A model generated the notes under the pieces. That model was not told where the DNA came from and did no database searches. It saw only the letters and a program-made list of their open reading frames with translations. Positions 1-13,066 of a DNA stretch of 64,000 bases are shown one piece after another (positions within the stretch are counted from its first letter, which is position 1; the number at the start of each line of letters is the position of its first letter). Both the position numbers and the translations under genes were made by a program. Location of the stretch: contig JAUFOQ010000002.1 of NCBI GenBank assembly GCA_040285855.1, positions 1,178,001 through 1,242,000 of the forward strand. Direction: 5' to 3'. Source of the stretch: Eukaryota sp. GEM-RC1 (lineage: Eukaryota).

Positions 1-440
1 TCAAGTATCTTGACTTCTCTCTTTGACTAGTGGAGAGAGTCAATCTAGAGAGATTGGAAGATAACATTGAGAAAGAATGGTAGGATTCGGGAGATCCTCT
101 TGGGAAACTAAAGAAGAACGCAGTGACACAAAGTTGCCGTACAACGAGAAGACTTTCTGAAAAGTTACCAATACACCATAATCTTCCGAAGTACATCAGC
201 GTAAGAAGACATGACGATGTACGAAATGAGGAGAGAGGAAGGGGAGGAGTGGTAGGTCAAAATTGCAAGAGAAGAAAGTGGACGGTCAGAAATGTAGATG
301 TGAAGGTCATAAAGAATTCAAATTTGAAAATTCACTGGGTCAAAAACACATGAAATTCTCTAAAATATTGCAAATATTTTTGATCGAAGGGGTGGCCTTC
401 TATTAGATGTGGATTTGGGGGTGGCGTCAGGGGTTTGAAA

Positions 441-1460
441 TAGGGCATGGACCCATATCCATAATTCCCCATAATGGCCATACCATAAGTATGGAACGTC
501 AAAATCAATTATGGCTTATCATGGCCATATATGGGGGTCCATAATTTCTAGATTTCAATTAACCAACTTATGTGGAAACTGCAGTAATATATACATTTAA
601 ACTGTGGATTTTAGGGTTCTGTGCTCGGTAAAACTTATAAAATATTGTTTTTTTAACAAAAACTGTTCAATTAATGTTATTTCGTTGAGTGAAAATACTG
701 GTATTATTGTCACATAATTTTCTTAGCGCCCCATGCAATATCCCTCTAAGAAGAATGCAAAAGTACAGAGTTTGACCTTGTCACTAATCGTGTTCAAGTT
801 TGAGAGACCTATTTCACCAAACTTCATCGTTCACACGACCGACACTCTACCCGTAATATAAAGCAGAACTGGGATCTTTACCATTGTTACTGCTCCACAT
901 TTAGAAATCATGAATGCTTTGATGGCATTGAGTATTAGATCATCTTTTTTTATTTTCGAATAAATGTACGGTGAGAAAAATAAATTTAGAAATCAATAAC
1001 AGGGCAAATGTATTGGCAATCTTTGGAGCCATATTTGTACAGAGCATTCTGACCTCTCTAACTATGAATAGTTGATCACAAAGGACGGTACGCGACCACT
1101 AAACACCTTACTGCATATTGATAGGTCAAAACGTAACTTTGGGTGGTGAGAGCTAATTATGACTACCCCCGGGAGGTTTCTTTCGTGAGGATGAGATGAT
1201 TCAACATTATGTTACCCTCAAAGTCTGTTTCATCCATTTTGAAAGACGACAATGATGAAGAGTAGCTTATTATAGACTAGTGGTAAGAAGTATGTTATTT
1301 AAGGTGTGATTCCTTGATAATTTGTATTGAAAATAAAGCTGTATTGTTATTGTTGTTGAGATGGGGTCCATAATGGCCATAAGTATGGGAAGCGTAATTG
1401 ATTATGGCCATTATGGCGGAAAATGATTTGTACACAATCCATAATATGGCCCATGCCATA
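441..1460. mobile_element. hAT-like MITE (duplicate copy at 25920-26939)
   Basis: Imperfect TIR TAGGGCATGG-CCCATAT / TATGGCATGGGCCATAT; ATAATGGCCATA-type subterminal repeats at both ends; no clear TSD. Confidence 0.6.
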
Positions 1461-2503
1461 TTGTTGTATTAGATGTTTTAGAGTATTTATCCATTTTGTA
1501 TATTTAGTTGTATATTTAGGTTCCTTCATAAACAAACTTGAAGTATATTTTCTGCTATGATTGTGGAACTCCATCGAGCCTCCTAATTATAGATTGTGAT
1601 TGAGAAACTCAGTCAAGAGAATCCAGTAGTCGCAAATTGTTCAACTGATGAAAATCAGACGTCTGTTGTTAATCAACATTAATTCCCACAAATATACGGT
1701 CTATTGTTAAATGATCCTCAATATAGCTATGGAAACGGAAACACAAGATAAATACAAAAACCCTTTAATGACTCTTAAACATGTGAAACGTGTTGAATAT
1801 GAAATATGTACTTTGGATGTATCAATTTACGATCGTTTAGGAAAAAGTGGACTCAATTTTCAAAATGATGATAAAAGAGTCGTAAAAGAGGATGAACAAC
1901 CGTTTTGATCATATGTTAGTATATTGTATTCTGTTTGTAGAACAATTCACGGAATTGTTCGCTAAGCCTCTACTATCAGTGAGTTCCTTTTTGGAGTAAA
2001 TAACTGTGACCATGTGACAAACAAGACAGAATGTAAATTTATCTTTTACATTCTTTCAGATTGAGTCATATAAATCGTTCGAAAATACACACACAATAGT
2101 AAGTATTGATCGAGTTTAGTCTTCAATTCGAATTTATCACCATATTTTGCGTATTTCGACCCCCACATGCACCACAAATATCACTCACAACTATCACAAT
2201 TATCACTCACAAATCAGTCTTTTTGTGATACCTGTGAATCACAAAAATCACTCACAAATATCACATCACAAAAAAGTGTGATACCCAAGTATGGTTATAT
2301 AACATGCTATGGTTTCAAAAGCAGTTTTAGTTCGTAGTATTTGATACGGAACATATATTTAGTCGGAATAGAATTTAATGACAATAAATCTTTTTTGAGT
2401 TTTCCGGTCTTCTGTATTTTCGATGAATTCTCTAGATTTCATCTTGCTATCTATCACTGTTGTTTTCATCTGATATTCTGGAGTTGACTTCGTTCTCTTA
2501 TAG

Positions 2504-3174
2504 CAGTGATCGTCAAAATATAAAAACATAAATACGGCAATCTTCTGACGACTCCGTAAATGATTTCCGTATTTTATGAATGTTATATTTTACGGCAAGA
2601 ATAGTATTTTCCGTAAATAATTGCAATACAGAACCGTATTTCACCGTAGAAGGACTTTTGTTTTTACAACTTTCTAGTACAAGAATTGGTAGCATACTGT
2701 TCGTATGTTTGTGATGAAAACCATAGTCACAATCATATTTATTACTAACACCACAATCCTCTGATTTTCGTTTTGGAAAGAATTGGAACTATATTTTATT
2801 GAGGTTCTGAAGAGTCAAAACTTTGACAGTCATCCAAATTAGGCGTTTTTCAATTCATATGATGACCTTTACTTGACCTTTGACTTGAAATCTACATTTT
2901 GATTTATGCTTTACCTAACCAAAAACCGTAAAACTCAGTCAAAACAAAATATTTCTTTCACAATTGTGAACACAAACAGTACATTGTGTATGATAATCTA
3001 TTTCTGATTATTTAAAACAAGAAACTCACACATAAACTGTCAAATGTTTGACCAGGTGTTTTATGCCTTTTTATTTTTCTCGATTAGTTGAGAAATTATA
3101 CAAGTTTGGTGTGAAGGTCAATGTTGAAAAACGTAGTCTTTTACCGGATGGGGATGAAGTCGTTTTGATTTAGT
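2504..3174. mobile_element. Left part of the CAGTGATCGTCAAA MITE, truncated at the duplication breakpoint
   Basis: Matches 27984-28653; the right TIR present in the other copy (ends 29173) is absent here. Confidence 0.85.
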
Positions 3175-3189
3175 TTTAAAGATCTTTTA

Positions 3190-6100
3190 ATGGTATCAGG
3201 GGAATTCAAAATTTCTAATGCTAATACCACTTCGTTTTACGGAATTGTATCAGTTTCCGATGGTGACGTCAACATCAATTGCTCTGTTTTAGAAGGTCAT
3301 CACGAATCTTCAATCTCTTTGAGTGGAGGTAATTCTGTCTGGGATGTTGACGTGATCAAGTTTTCTACCAGTACATTCAACTTCTTTACAGGATCAATGC
3401 AATTAACCACTGATAACGTTGACGGTAAAGATGCACGTATTTCTATCGCAGACGGTGATTTCTCAATCAACTGTAAATCTACTGATTCTACTGCGGCCGC
3501 TCTTTTCACTCTTGAGACTTCCAAAATGACCCTAGATAGTACATATTTCACAGGCTGCTTCACTCCAATTGTTCATTCTAAACAGTGTGAGATGGATTTG
3601 CACCGAGTTAAAGTTTATGATTGTGATGCTCACGTTTTATTTGATGGATCAGAAACAAACTGTCTTATTGAAGATTCTTCTATCAATTCTGTAAATGGTT
3701 CTATTTTCAACTTCGTAACACAATCCAAGCTGACCATCAACAATTTGTCAGTGTCTCATACAGACACGTCATCTTTCTTGACTTCAGTTGACTCTTCTGT
3801 ATTTGATCTTGTTAATTTGACAATTGATTCAGTTGATTGTGAAGGAATTCTTAGCGCATCTTCAAGAAGTTCAGTATTGGCTGACGGTATTTCTCTCTCA
3901 AACATCCATGGTGAGCCTTTCTTTAAACTGGATTCATCATTTATGATTGCCAATCACATTACTGTCGACAATATTCAATCAGATAATCTGTTCCAGATAC
4001 AATTAGCTGACCTAAAGCTCACCAATCTGTTGATCAAAGACTCACGTTTTGAGTCGTCAATATTCAAAATGACTTCTTCAAAAGTTGATATTGATTTTTC
4101 AACTTCTCTTCTTCAAAACTCAGAGAGCCAAGTTCTTATCTCCCAGAGTCATTGTTCTACTGAGATTGATGGTTTAATATTATTGCCTTCGTTGAATCTC
4201 GGAGATTGTGCCATTAGATCTTACAGTTCTTCTTTAAGACTTTTGAACTTGACGTTTGAACGGTCAAAATCACCTGTCTTGAAGAGCTCAAAGTCTACAG
4301 TAGTGATTGATTCACCTAATTTATCACAGTGTCATCCAAATACTGCTTTAAGCTATAATCTGTCTGATAATAATAGAGAAGACTCCCTTTTCCAATTCTT
4401 TGGGTCAAAGGTAGAGTTCTACAATGTAAAAGCAAATCAATGCCCATTTCCTTTCATTTTTGGGGTTGACAGTGAACTTTTCTTAAATGGTTCGTTGTTT
4501 GAACGTTTCTCTGATAATGTAATCCATTCTGACAGACAATCAACACTGATTGCTTACAACTGCTCCTTTGAAATGGGGCTTAAAACTTCAGTTATTTCTG
4601 ATTCTGCAGATTCTCTTCAGTTGAACCACTGTAAATTTAAAGATAATCAAGGATATAATGGCACGGGTGTGTTCGCAACCGATTGTCAAAATATTGAAAT
4701 ATTTGACTCTGAATTCATTAAAAACCAAGCAGATAACGATGGTGGTGCCCTCCATTTTGTTTCCGATGAGAATCATCAGATTCAGCTTACTAACAATCTT
4801 TTCAAACAAAACAATGCAATGAGAGCTGGTGGTGCCGTTTTCATCAATTATCCCTCTATTTTTAATATTTCAAACAATTCTTACATTTCAAACACTGCCG
4901 ATGGATGGGGTGATCTTTATGCAACTAACCCAAGATATCTAGATACTGAGTTTGAAAATCCAGACTCTACAGCTTATCAACGTAACATCATCATCACAGT
5001 ACGTGATGGATACAATCAATTTGCCTTTTTGGACCTCTTGACCATCAATCTCTGACTGTCACTCCAACTAACGAAGAAATCGTGTTAATGGAACGTCCGG
5101 TCATTAAACCATCTCAAGAGTTTGTCACTTCTGCCAACATTACAATGCGTGGAGTTACCGGCACTTACAATCTTTCTGTAAGTCATCCTATTTATCAAAC
5201 TCATCTCTTACCCTTCACTACTGGTATTTGTCCTTTGGGTCATGGCTTTATTGGTGGTTCGTGTGCTCCTTGTCCTCCTGGAACCAAGAGTTCCCCATTT
5301 GGAACCTCTATTTGTATTAATTGTGAAGCAGGAATGTGGTCTTCTTACGGAGCCCGTGAATGCAGTCCATGTTCACCTGGAACCTATAGACCAACTAGTA
5401 CTTCCCCTGCGTGCCAACGCTGTGACCACGGCTTCATTGCGGAATTCCGTGGAGCCACGGAGTGTCGTCGTTGCTCTCTCAATCAAATGTCTAATCACGG
5501 TCGTTCTTCGTGCGAATGTGTATCAAACTCTATTCCCAATTGGGCAAGTGGAGAGTTAGTCTGTGATCCTTGTCCAACTGGAATGCTTTGCTTTGGAGCT
5601 GATGATACCTGTTTGAATGCTGGTTATTGGAAGGGTGCTAAGAACAATGAAATATACCGTTGTGCACATCAAGGTTGTCTCGGCACGTGTCACAATGGTT
5701 TGATGCCTTTAGTTCTCACAGCCCCTCCCTCTGGTAGATGCAACGACTATCATCAGGGATCTCTTTGTCACGAGTGTGTTGAAGGTACCTACATGATTGC
5801 TGGTCAGTGTACAAAGTGTTGGAGTCCTATTGGTAGTGGTATCGTATTAGGAACTTCTATAGCCGTTCTACTTACTTTGATTTACGGTATAACTTCTCAT
5901 GGTGCCAGGGTTGGCATGTACTTGTCTGCGATTCGATTTGTTCAAATGGCTGTTGCCATTGTAGTTATCTGTTCTATCACCATTCACTCTTCTCTCTTAC
6001 CTTTTTACGGAGCTTTCAGAACAGTTTTTGTGGACGTTTGGAAGACTTTACCAGTAATGTGCTTGGGCTTGGCCTCTAGGGATTATCCAATGGAGTTTTA

Positions 6101-6476
6101 CTTGTCATGTGGCATTGTTGTTGCTATTTGTCTTGGAATAATTATAGTACGGCCTAAAGAACCTCAAAAACACTATACATCTAAGATCTTTATATCTGAA
6201 CTTATTCTCATTGTGCTGCTTGTGCTACTGCCTGCACTTGCTTTCAACGGTCTGGGAATGTTCTCGTGTAATTTTGTAGACGGAGATTTCATTCTAGAAG
6301 CTGATTCATCTCAAAATATCATGAAATGTTTTTCTAAAGATTGGTTTGAAATGCTTGGAGTACTGGGAGGAGCTGTTGTGGTTTTCCTTATTGCTTTTAA
6401 GTATTTGTTTTCCCTTAAGGATAGCAGTTCATCAGTTCCTGTCCGAAAGTTCTTTGGTTATAGAAAAATGAAGTAT
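3190..6476 (+). pseudogene. Large cell-surface/multi-TM protein, 5' part: beta-helix (pectin-lyase/Pmp-like) region, Cys-rich TNFR/ephrin-receptor-like repeats, TM helices; interrupted by the LTR element
   Basis: ORFs 3190-5055 and 5082-6482 join by a 1-nt indel in the T run at ~5025-5030. GGAL/GGAV and FxxN motifs, CxxCxxGT repeats, hydrophobic helices. No signal peptide; the frame is open back to the duplication breakpoint. Confidence 0.8.
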
Positions 6477-6542
6477 TGTTAGTACTGGTACAGTACCCTT
6501 AAAATAAATTTACTTTACCTTCTCCCATGTCTACAGACAACA
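6477..6542 (+). repeat. 5' LTR (66 bp)
   Basis: Identical to 13067-13132; TG...CA ends; contains hairpin GTACTG-GTA-CAGTAC, AATAAA and the gag ATG (6527). Confidence 0.97.
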
Positions 6543-9500
6543 ATAATTATTGTGTCCCATGTGGTGCTGCGCCTTGTGACAGAGTGCCCCCGCACTCACC
6601 AAGGTCCCAGGACCCCACAATGAGTCGTTTCTTCTCGGATGGTCCCGCCCTCCAAGGAACAACTACATCCCTTTTAGAAGGTTCCGCCCTTCAAAGTCCC
6701 TCCTCTGTTGAAGGTTCCGCCCTTCCAGTAACTTCCGAGGTTGCAGGTTCCGTCCCTACTCCTCAAACCCAGCAAACTCCCTCAGAAGGTTCCGTCCTTC
6801 AAAGGATTCCTGTGGTTGAAGGTTCCGCCCTTCCTTCCCAACCTCAAGAGGAAGTGATAACCATTCAAGAGGATAGCCCTCCAGAAGGTTCCACCCTTCA
6901 GAGCCCCTCCTCCACTGTCCAGATCAATTATCAGGATTTATCTCCTCCGAGAGATATGGTTCCTCCGAAAGACACTTCGTCTCCAACGAATCCTGCCTTC
7001 GAGAGGATTAGAGCTATGTTCAGCGGAGCACCAACTCCGAACAAGCCTTTTCCCACTCTCCAACTCTCCTCTTTTGCAACTCCCACGTCGCGACAAGAGG
7101 GGTTCAAGTTTGCAGCGGAACGAGATTTAGGTCTCCCTCCATCTAAGCCTTTGCCAAAAGCCACTTCCAAAAGTGCCCCCATTAAAAAATCTCAGAAGGG
7201 TTCCGTTCCCTCATCACTTCCTATAGTTGATGCCTCGTCTACTCCACGTGCCCAGGATTCCGTTCCTCATGTTGGTGAAACACCCATAGTTTCTCACGTC
7301 AATCCCGCCGCGGACCCTGACTTAGAAGATCTATGCGACTTTGACGTAGCTGATGATGAAGAGTCTGGTCAGACGCCTGCCAAAGGCCCATCTGACCATC
7401 CTCAACCTCCTCCGTCGAGGCCTGTCAGGGACAAGAGAGGGTTCCAACCCCAACCTATTATTCCCGTCCAAGGATTTTATCCTGTCAGGTCCACTAAGAC
7501 GGGTTCCTCAGAGTTATTCCAGGCCCCTCCTGGACCTTTTCAACAAGGGTTAACAGAAGAGGAACTAAAACGAGTAGAACATCGTATGTTCCCATCAGAT
7601 CGCCAAATGGTACATGATTTTCTTCATGGAGTCAAAGATAGAACGGACTACCTAAGAAACCGCTATCCTAGACCAGCTCAGGCAGCCATAAGACTGATTA
7701 GGAGACAATTTAACGACGAAGTTATGCCGCTTGAAGGAACTTACACCATCCTTGATGACCGAGGAAGACCCCATACTATCCTGATGGACCCTAGTATACC
7801 GGAAACCATGATTCCTGTTAAAAAATGCTGGGAAAAGGTCCAGGAAGTATTGACAGGTCGAACTTTCGAAAAGTCGAATTCGGACAAAAGAATTCGCTCA
7901 TCAGATCACATCTCCTCTCAGCTTCCCGAAGCCATCCAGAGCACCACAACCCCGACTGATGAAGTGGTTATCCAACCCACAGCATTGAAATACCGAGCTC
8001 GAGTGGAATATGAAGAAGAACTCGCTCGTAGAGCAAATGCAAATCCGAAGTCTAAAGTGAAAGAAATTTCCGAATTTTATCAATCACCTTCCGATCAATC
8101 AAACCCACCAACTGATGTCCACCAGCTTGGTCTCTCCTTGAGTGACCTTAGCACGACATCAACCTCCCCTTCAACTGACCTCCTTCCCCCCCTGGCTCCG
8201 TCAGCATCCAATTCGGTTGTGGAACAACGTTCCCCAATGTCCCATAGTGTTGTCACTTTCCAACAGAAAGTCCCCCTCGACTCTATGAAGAACTCCAAGC
8301 TTCAACCCAAGATGCTTTCGAGTTTGAAACCACACGACATCATTGAATTTGCTCAAGACTTCCTTCAATGGAGCGTGATGGACCCTAACCACAAAACACC
8401 GGTAGGGGCTCCATTCGGATGGCCAAGACACTTTTTCGACTTCAGTCGAACTGCTGCAGCACACGCTGATCCTTCTTACATCCAACGCTTCGTAAAGTTC
8501 GACTTACAGACCCAGCTGTCTATGCAAAAGGAGTGGGATGGTAAGAACCCTCTCACCCTATGGTTAGCTCTCCTCAAGCGTACTCAGTTCCCAGACGAGA
8601 CCACTGCTTTAAATGAGCTGAACAAGATCAAGATGAAGTGGTCCATCACAGACCCTGAAGAGCGATGGAGTGATTTCATATCACGGTTGCACCGCGTTCT
8701 ACAAAGAACCCAGGCCATAAAGCCGAAGAATAAGCCAATGACTGCGTTACCAGACAAAGCCATTGTTAAAGCTATTCTTTCGAACATAGGCATCGTATCC
8801 ATCTGGATCGAATGTTGGCCTCTCTACCAAGACTCTCCAGATATCCAAGGATTAATATCCGATGTCAAAGAACGTTATGACACTTGGTGCGAGAGATGGA
8901 AATCTGCTCCAGCCAACGTGCAGAACGAACAACGAATTGCCGAGATAGCTCATCTTAGAGATACAGCTACTTGGGAAGACCTCCCAAATCTTGGACTTCT
9001 CGCCCCCTCATCCCGGTTCAGTCTAGTGAACCCGGTAGATCTCGTAGATCGGCATCCAGCTCCAAGCCACCCTCGAAGAAGCCTCGATCTGAAGAGAAAG
9101 ACCCTGACGCCTGTAGATTTTGTGGCGAAAAGGGCCATTCCATCCTCCAATGTCCGGATCCCGAATGTAAACGTAGTGAGCTTCCTTTAGAGCAACGTAA
9201 GGCCAAGAGTTCCACCTCAAAACCATCTCGTAGTCATAGCAAGAAACACTCGTCCCATAAAAAATCTAAATATTTCAATGCAAATTCAGCACATATTAAC
9301 AGCCTTGTAGATATAGCTGATAACATCACATCTAGTCAATCAAATCCCAGTTTGATTGAAACCAATCAATTCTTAAATCCATTGAGCAACATCAGTTCTG
9401 CCAATGGTAATACGAACTCACAAAGCCTGAATTCCATATTCAGCATAAGTAGTCAGAACCCACTCCCTCTTCTCAGCTGCAAACTGATGATTAACGGAAT

Positions 9501-12500
9501 TCCGGTTCAAGGTTTTTGGGACAGTGGAGCAACCATGTCCGTCATCACACAAGACCTGGCTACGAAGTGTAACATGACGCCCGTCAACAAAAATGTTCGC
9601 TTCACATCTGCAAACAATGTTGAGTCCCGGTCCTTGGGTAGCGCCCAGGGCATCTTGACCTTCGACACCAGTAGCATCGCGTACCTAACACATGTGGATA
9701 AGACGTTACCAATAATACCAGGATCCAACAAACTATTATTGGGAATCGATCTGATGAAACAGTTAGGACTACTGACCGAAGACGGACTAGTCATCCGGAT
9801 TGACAAGGCCATCCTGGCCACCGTGAACGACGAGTCTGAGTTCGACTCACGTATCATACAACCTCCCCGTAGCCATTCCATTGATAACATTGTAGACTTT
9901 AATAAACATGTATTCGATTCAGGTTGCACTATCAAACTAGATGATGATAACAGAGCTAAGAGCTTATTGAGCCTGCTTCAGGAGTTTTCCTCAATATTTT
10001 CGACAGCTCCTCACAAAGATGGCATCGATTGTCCTCCCATGGCGATCGACTTCTACAATGAAGAGTCCACTGTGAGACGGAAACCTCGACGGCTCAATCC
10101 AATGAAACAACGGATTGCCGAAGAGATTTTTGATGAACTTGTCCGACAGGACTTTGCTGAGTTAACAACTCCCAACGGACAGTTCAGTTCACCGGTAGTA
10201 CTGGTGGTCTATCCCGATCAACGTAAGCCCCGCCTTACGGGAGACTTCAGTGGTTCCGATGGAATCAACGCATTGACCCGAGTTGTCGAACCGAATCTTC
10301 CAAAGATCATCGACATCTTGGAATTTCTGAGCGAAGCTAACTTCATAGCGACCTTGGATCTTCCGAAAGCCTTCTGGCAATTGAACCTCGCAGAAAAGGA
10401 CAGAGACAAGACAACTCTAGTAATCCCTGGCAAAGCCATCCGATTTAAAAGAGCTTGTTTTGGACTCAAGAACGTCCCTGCGATATTTCAAAATTTGATG
10501 TATGAAATATTCGACCATGAGGGCATATTCATTTACATCGATGACATCATCATAGTAGGCCGTACATTCGAAGAATTTATGAGCCGAATACGATTCGTTC
10601 TGACTAAAGCATTAACACGTAGAGTCAACCTTGGCCTACCCAAATGCAATTTTGTGACAAAGAAACACCCACTAAAGATCTTGGGCAGTAAGTTCGTTAA
10701 CAATACACGCAGTATTGACCCGTCGCGTATCACAGCTCTCCTAGAGTTGCCCGTACCAACAACAATCAAAGAAGTTCGTAGCTTCGTGGGTTCGATTAAC
10801 TACATAAAAGACTTTTATTCCAGGTGCGTCAGATCTTCTGGCTCCAATCATAAACTTAGTCAAGAACAACGCTCGTTCAGTAAAATGGACACCTCTCCAT
10901 CAATCTAATTTCGAGACAATCAGAAAGAAGATCATCAATCACATGCCTCTCAGTCTTCCAGACAGGGATCAACGCGTGCTGATTAGCGCAGACGCCAGTG
11001 ATATCGCTGTAGGTGGTGTCATTTGGCAAGAAATACCTCCTAACGCACAAGATGGAACTCCTTTGAACAACAGGAAAGTTATCCCACTAGCTTTCTACAG
11101 CAAACTCCTAACGGAATCTCAACAAAACTGGGCAACAATTCAGAAAGAGTTGTACGCTATCGTTCTGATCCTAACAGAATCCCCCATGTCATCATTCCTC
11201 CTAAGCAGGGACCTAACCATCCTTACAGATCATAGAAACCTCGCTTTCCTCATCTCAGCACCCGAGAAAAACAGAGTAGTCAAGCGTTGGATACCCATCC
11301 TAAGCGAATTCCAATTCTCGGTGATACACACCATTGGAGAAGACAACCACTGGGCAGACATGTTATCCCGAAACATCGATACCTCTCAACCCGAAAACAT
11401 AAACCTAGTCACATCTTGCCCCGAGCCGATGTTCTCTAGAGTCGATGGACTATGTCGTACTGATGACGATATGGAATATCAATCACTGACCTCCGAGTCA
11501 ATCAACATGATTAGTGAACCATCAATTAGTGAACCATTAATCAACAAGTCAAAAATCTTTGACGCTTGGCTATCGAAGATACGCTCCACACAAGTAGAAG
11601 CCAAGAACAACAACGACGTACTGTTTCAGCATCCCACTGCTGTATACAACGACGAGCTCCAGCTATTCCTAAATAGCGATGGTAAGATCCTCATCCCTAT
11701 GAGTCTTCGGAATACCACGATGAACCACATCCACGGTTTTCCTCACGCAGGCCACCCTAGCCTAAGAGTCAGCATTGATCGGCTAAACTCTAGTGACTAT
11801 TTCTGGCCTAAGATGGCCAAAGATATGAAGAAACACTGCATGCAATGTCCAGCTTGTCAAAAGACAGCTCCCCTTGCTAAACTCAAAATCAAACCATCAG
11901 GTAACCTTTGGGCAGACAAACCATTTGCCAAAATGAATGCTGATACCATTGGACCTTTGCCGACAGACACCTCCGGGAACTGTCACCTTCTTGTATTCAT
12001 AGACTCGTTTACCCGTTATACAGTCTTATGTCCCTTGAAGGAGCTCAATGCCCAAGAAACCGCTCATGCACTAGTGTGTAATGTATGTGCCATCTTTGGT
12101 ATACCCCATCTGATTCATAGCGATAATGGCAAGGAGTTTGCCAACCATGTCTTTAATGGCGTGTGTCAGGCTTTCGATATCGATACGGAGAAATCCATCC
12201 CCAGTTTTTCGCAAAGCAACGGATTAGTGGAACGTCGCCACAGAGACATCCTGCAGTCACTAAGAAAGATGCTTATCGATTTTAATGATTACGACAACTG
12301 GTCCAAGTACATTCCAATTGTACAACTATTAGTTAACACAACTAAGAGTAGAGTGACAGGCTTCACCCCATACCAGCTCATGTTTGGATCAGCCACCAGC
12401 CCTGGTAGCGACCCTAGCAAGATCCTAGCTTGTCTCTCGCAGGAAAGCCAATCAGAGGATTCCTTCCTGGCAGATTATCAATCTAAAATTCAAAGAATTT

Positions 12501-13066
12501 TGAAAAACCGGGAAGAGGCAGAGATCAACCAATCTTCCACTCAACCCGTGATAACTGCCGAACCAACCTCGTCGTCCCTGTACTCGAGTGGAGACTTAGT
12601 CCTCAAGACTAACTCCAAAACTAAGAAGCTTCACGGCAAGCTCGAAGGTCCTTTCCTGGTCATCGACACGCCCACCGCAAGTTCTCTTACCTTACAGAAC
12701 ATTATCACTGGACATCAGTTCAAATCAAGTGTTCACCAATGTAAGAAATACCTCACTGACAAACACCCGTCTGATGAGTTCCACAAAGCAGTCGCATCCT
12801 GTGACTCTGAGGAAATGATCGTGATTAAGGTGCTATCCCAATCCGACTCACCCTCCGGACCTGTTTGTTCAGTCGTCTGGTTCGATGGTGACACCACCGA
12901 GGTACCTTTGGATCAAATAAAGAATACGAAAGCTTATTCTGAGTTTATTAAATCTAATCCCTCATATAAGCCGTCTACTAGAAAGAAACGAAGTGTTCAG
13001 GGTAGTACCAGCCGTGCCTCTCCACCTGCCAAGAGGACCAGGTCCTCGAGAAAGGGGAAAAAGTAG
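6527..13066 (+). CDS. Gag-Pol polyprotein, probably one ~2179-aa ORF broken by two compensating 1-nt indels (~8973, ~10813)
   Basis: Zn knuckle CRFCGEKGHSILQC; protease FWDSGA; RT LDLPKAFWQ, FGLKN, YIDD; RNase H ADASD, QKELYAI, TDH; integrase H-H-C-C, ADTIGP, SDNG, NGLVER; GPF module; C-terminal chromodomain-like segment. Confidence 0.93.
13048..13066 (+). other. Polypurine tract, overlapping the last pol codons
   Basis: GAGAAAGGGGAAAAAGTAG immediately precedes the 3' LTR. Confidence 0.9.

Larger units (their letters stand above)
1..3174. repeat. Segmental duplication, copy 1 (partner 25480-28653); left end lies outside the window
   Basis: Near-identical at offset 25479. Differences seen: one substitution (451 A vs T) and two homopolymer indels (~1873, ~3070). 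Identity ends after ...GTTTTGATTTAGT. Confidence 0.97.

Noticed and set aside
123..2695. Short ORFs (60-76 aa) in the duplicated region
   Set aside because: No recognisable motifs, inside non-autonomous elements, and repeated only because of the duplication.
6562..6580. TGGTGCTGCGCC as a tRNA PBS
   Set aside because: It starts 19 nt after the LTR end and lacks complementarity to a T-arm (no TCGAAC-like continuation).
8960..9190. Programmed gag-pol ribosomal frameshift
   Set aside because: The shift falls before the Gag Zn knuckle at a G run without a clear slippery heptamer, and a compensating indel at ~10813 restores a single ORF; assembly error is simpler.
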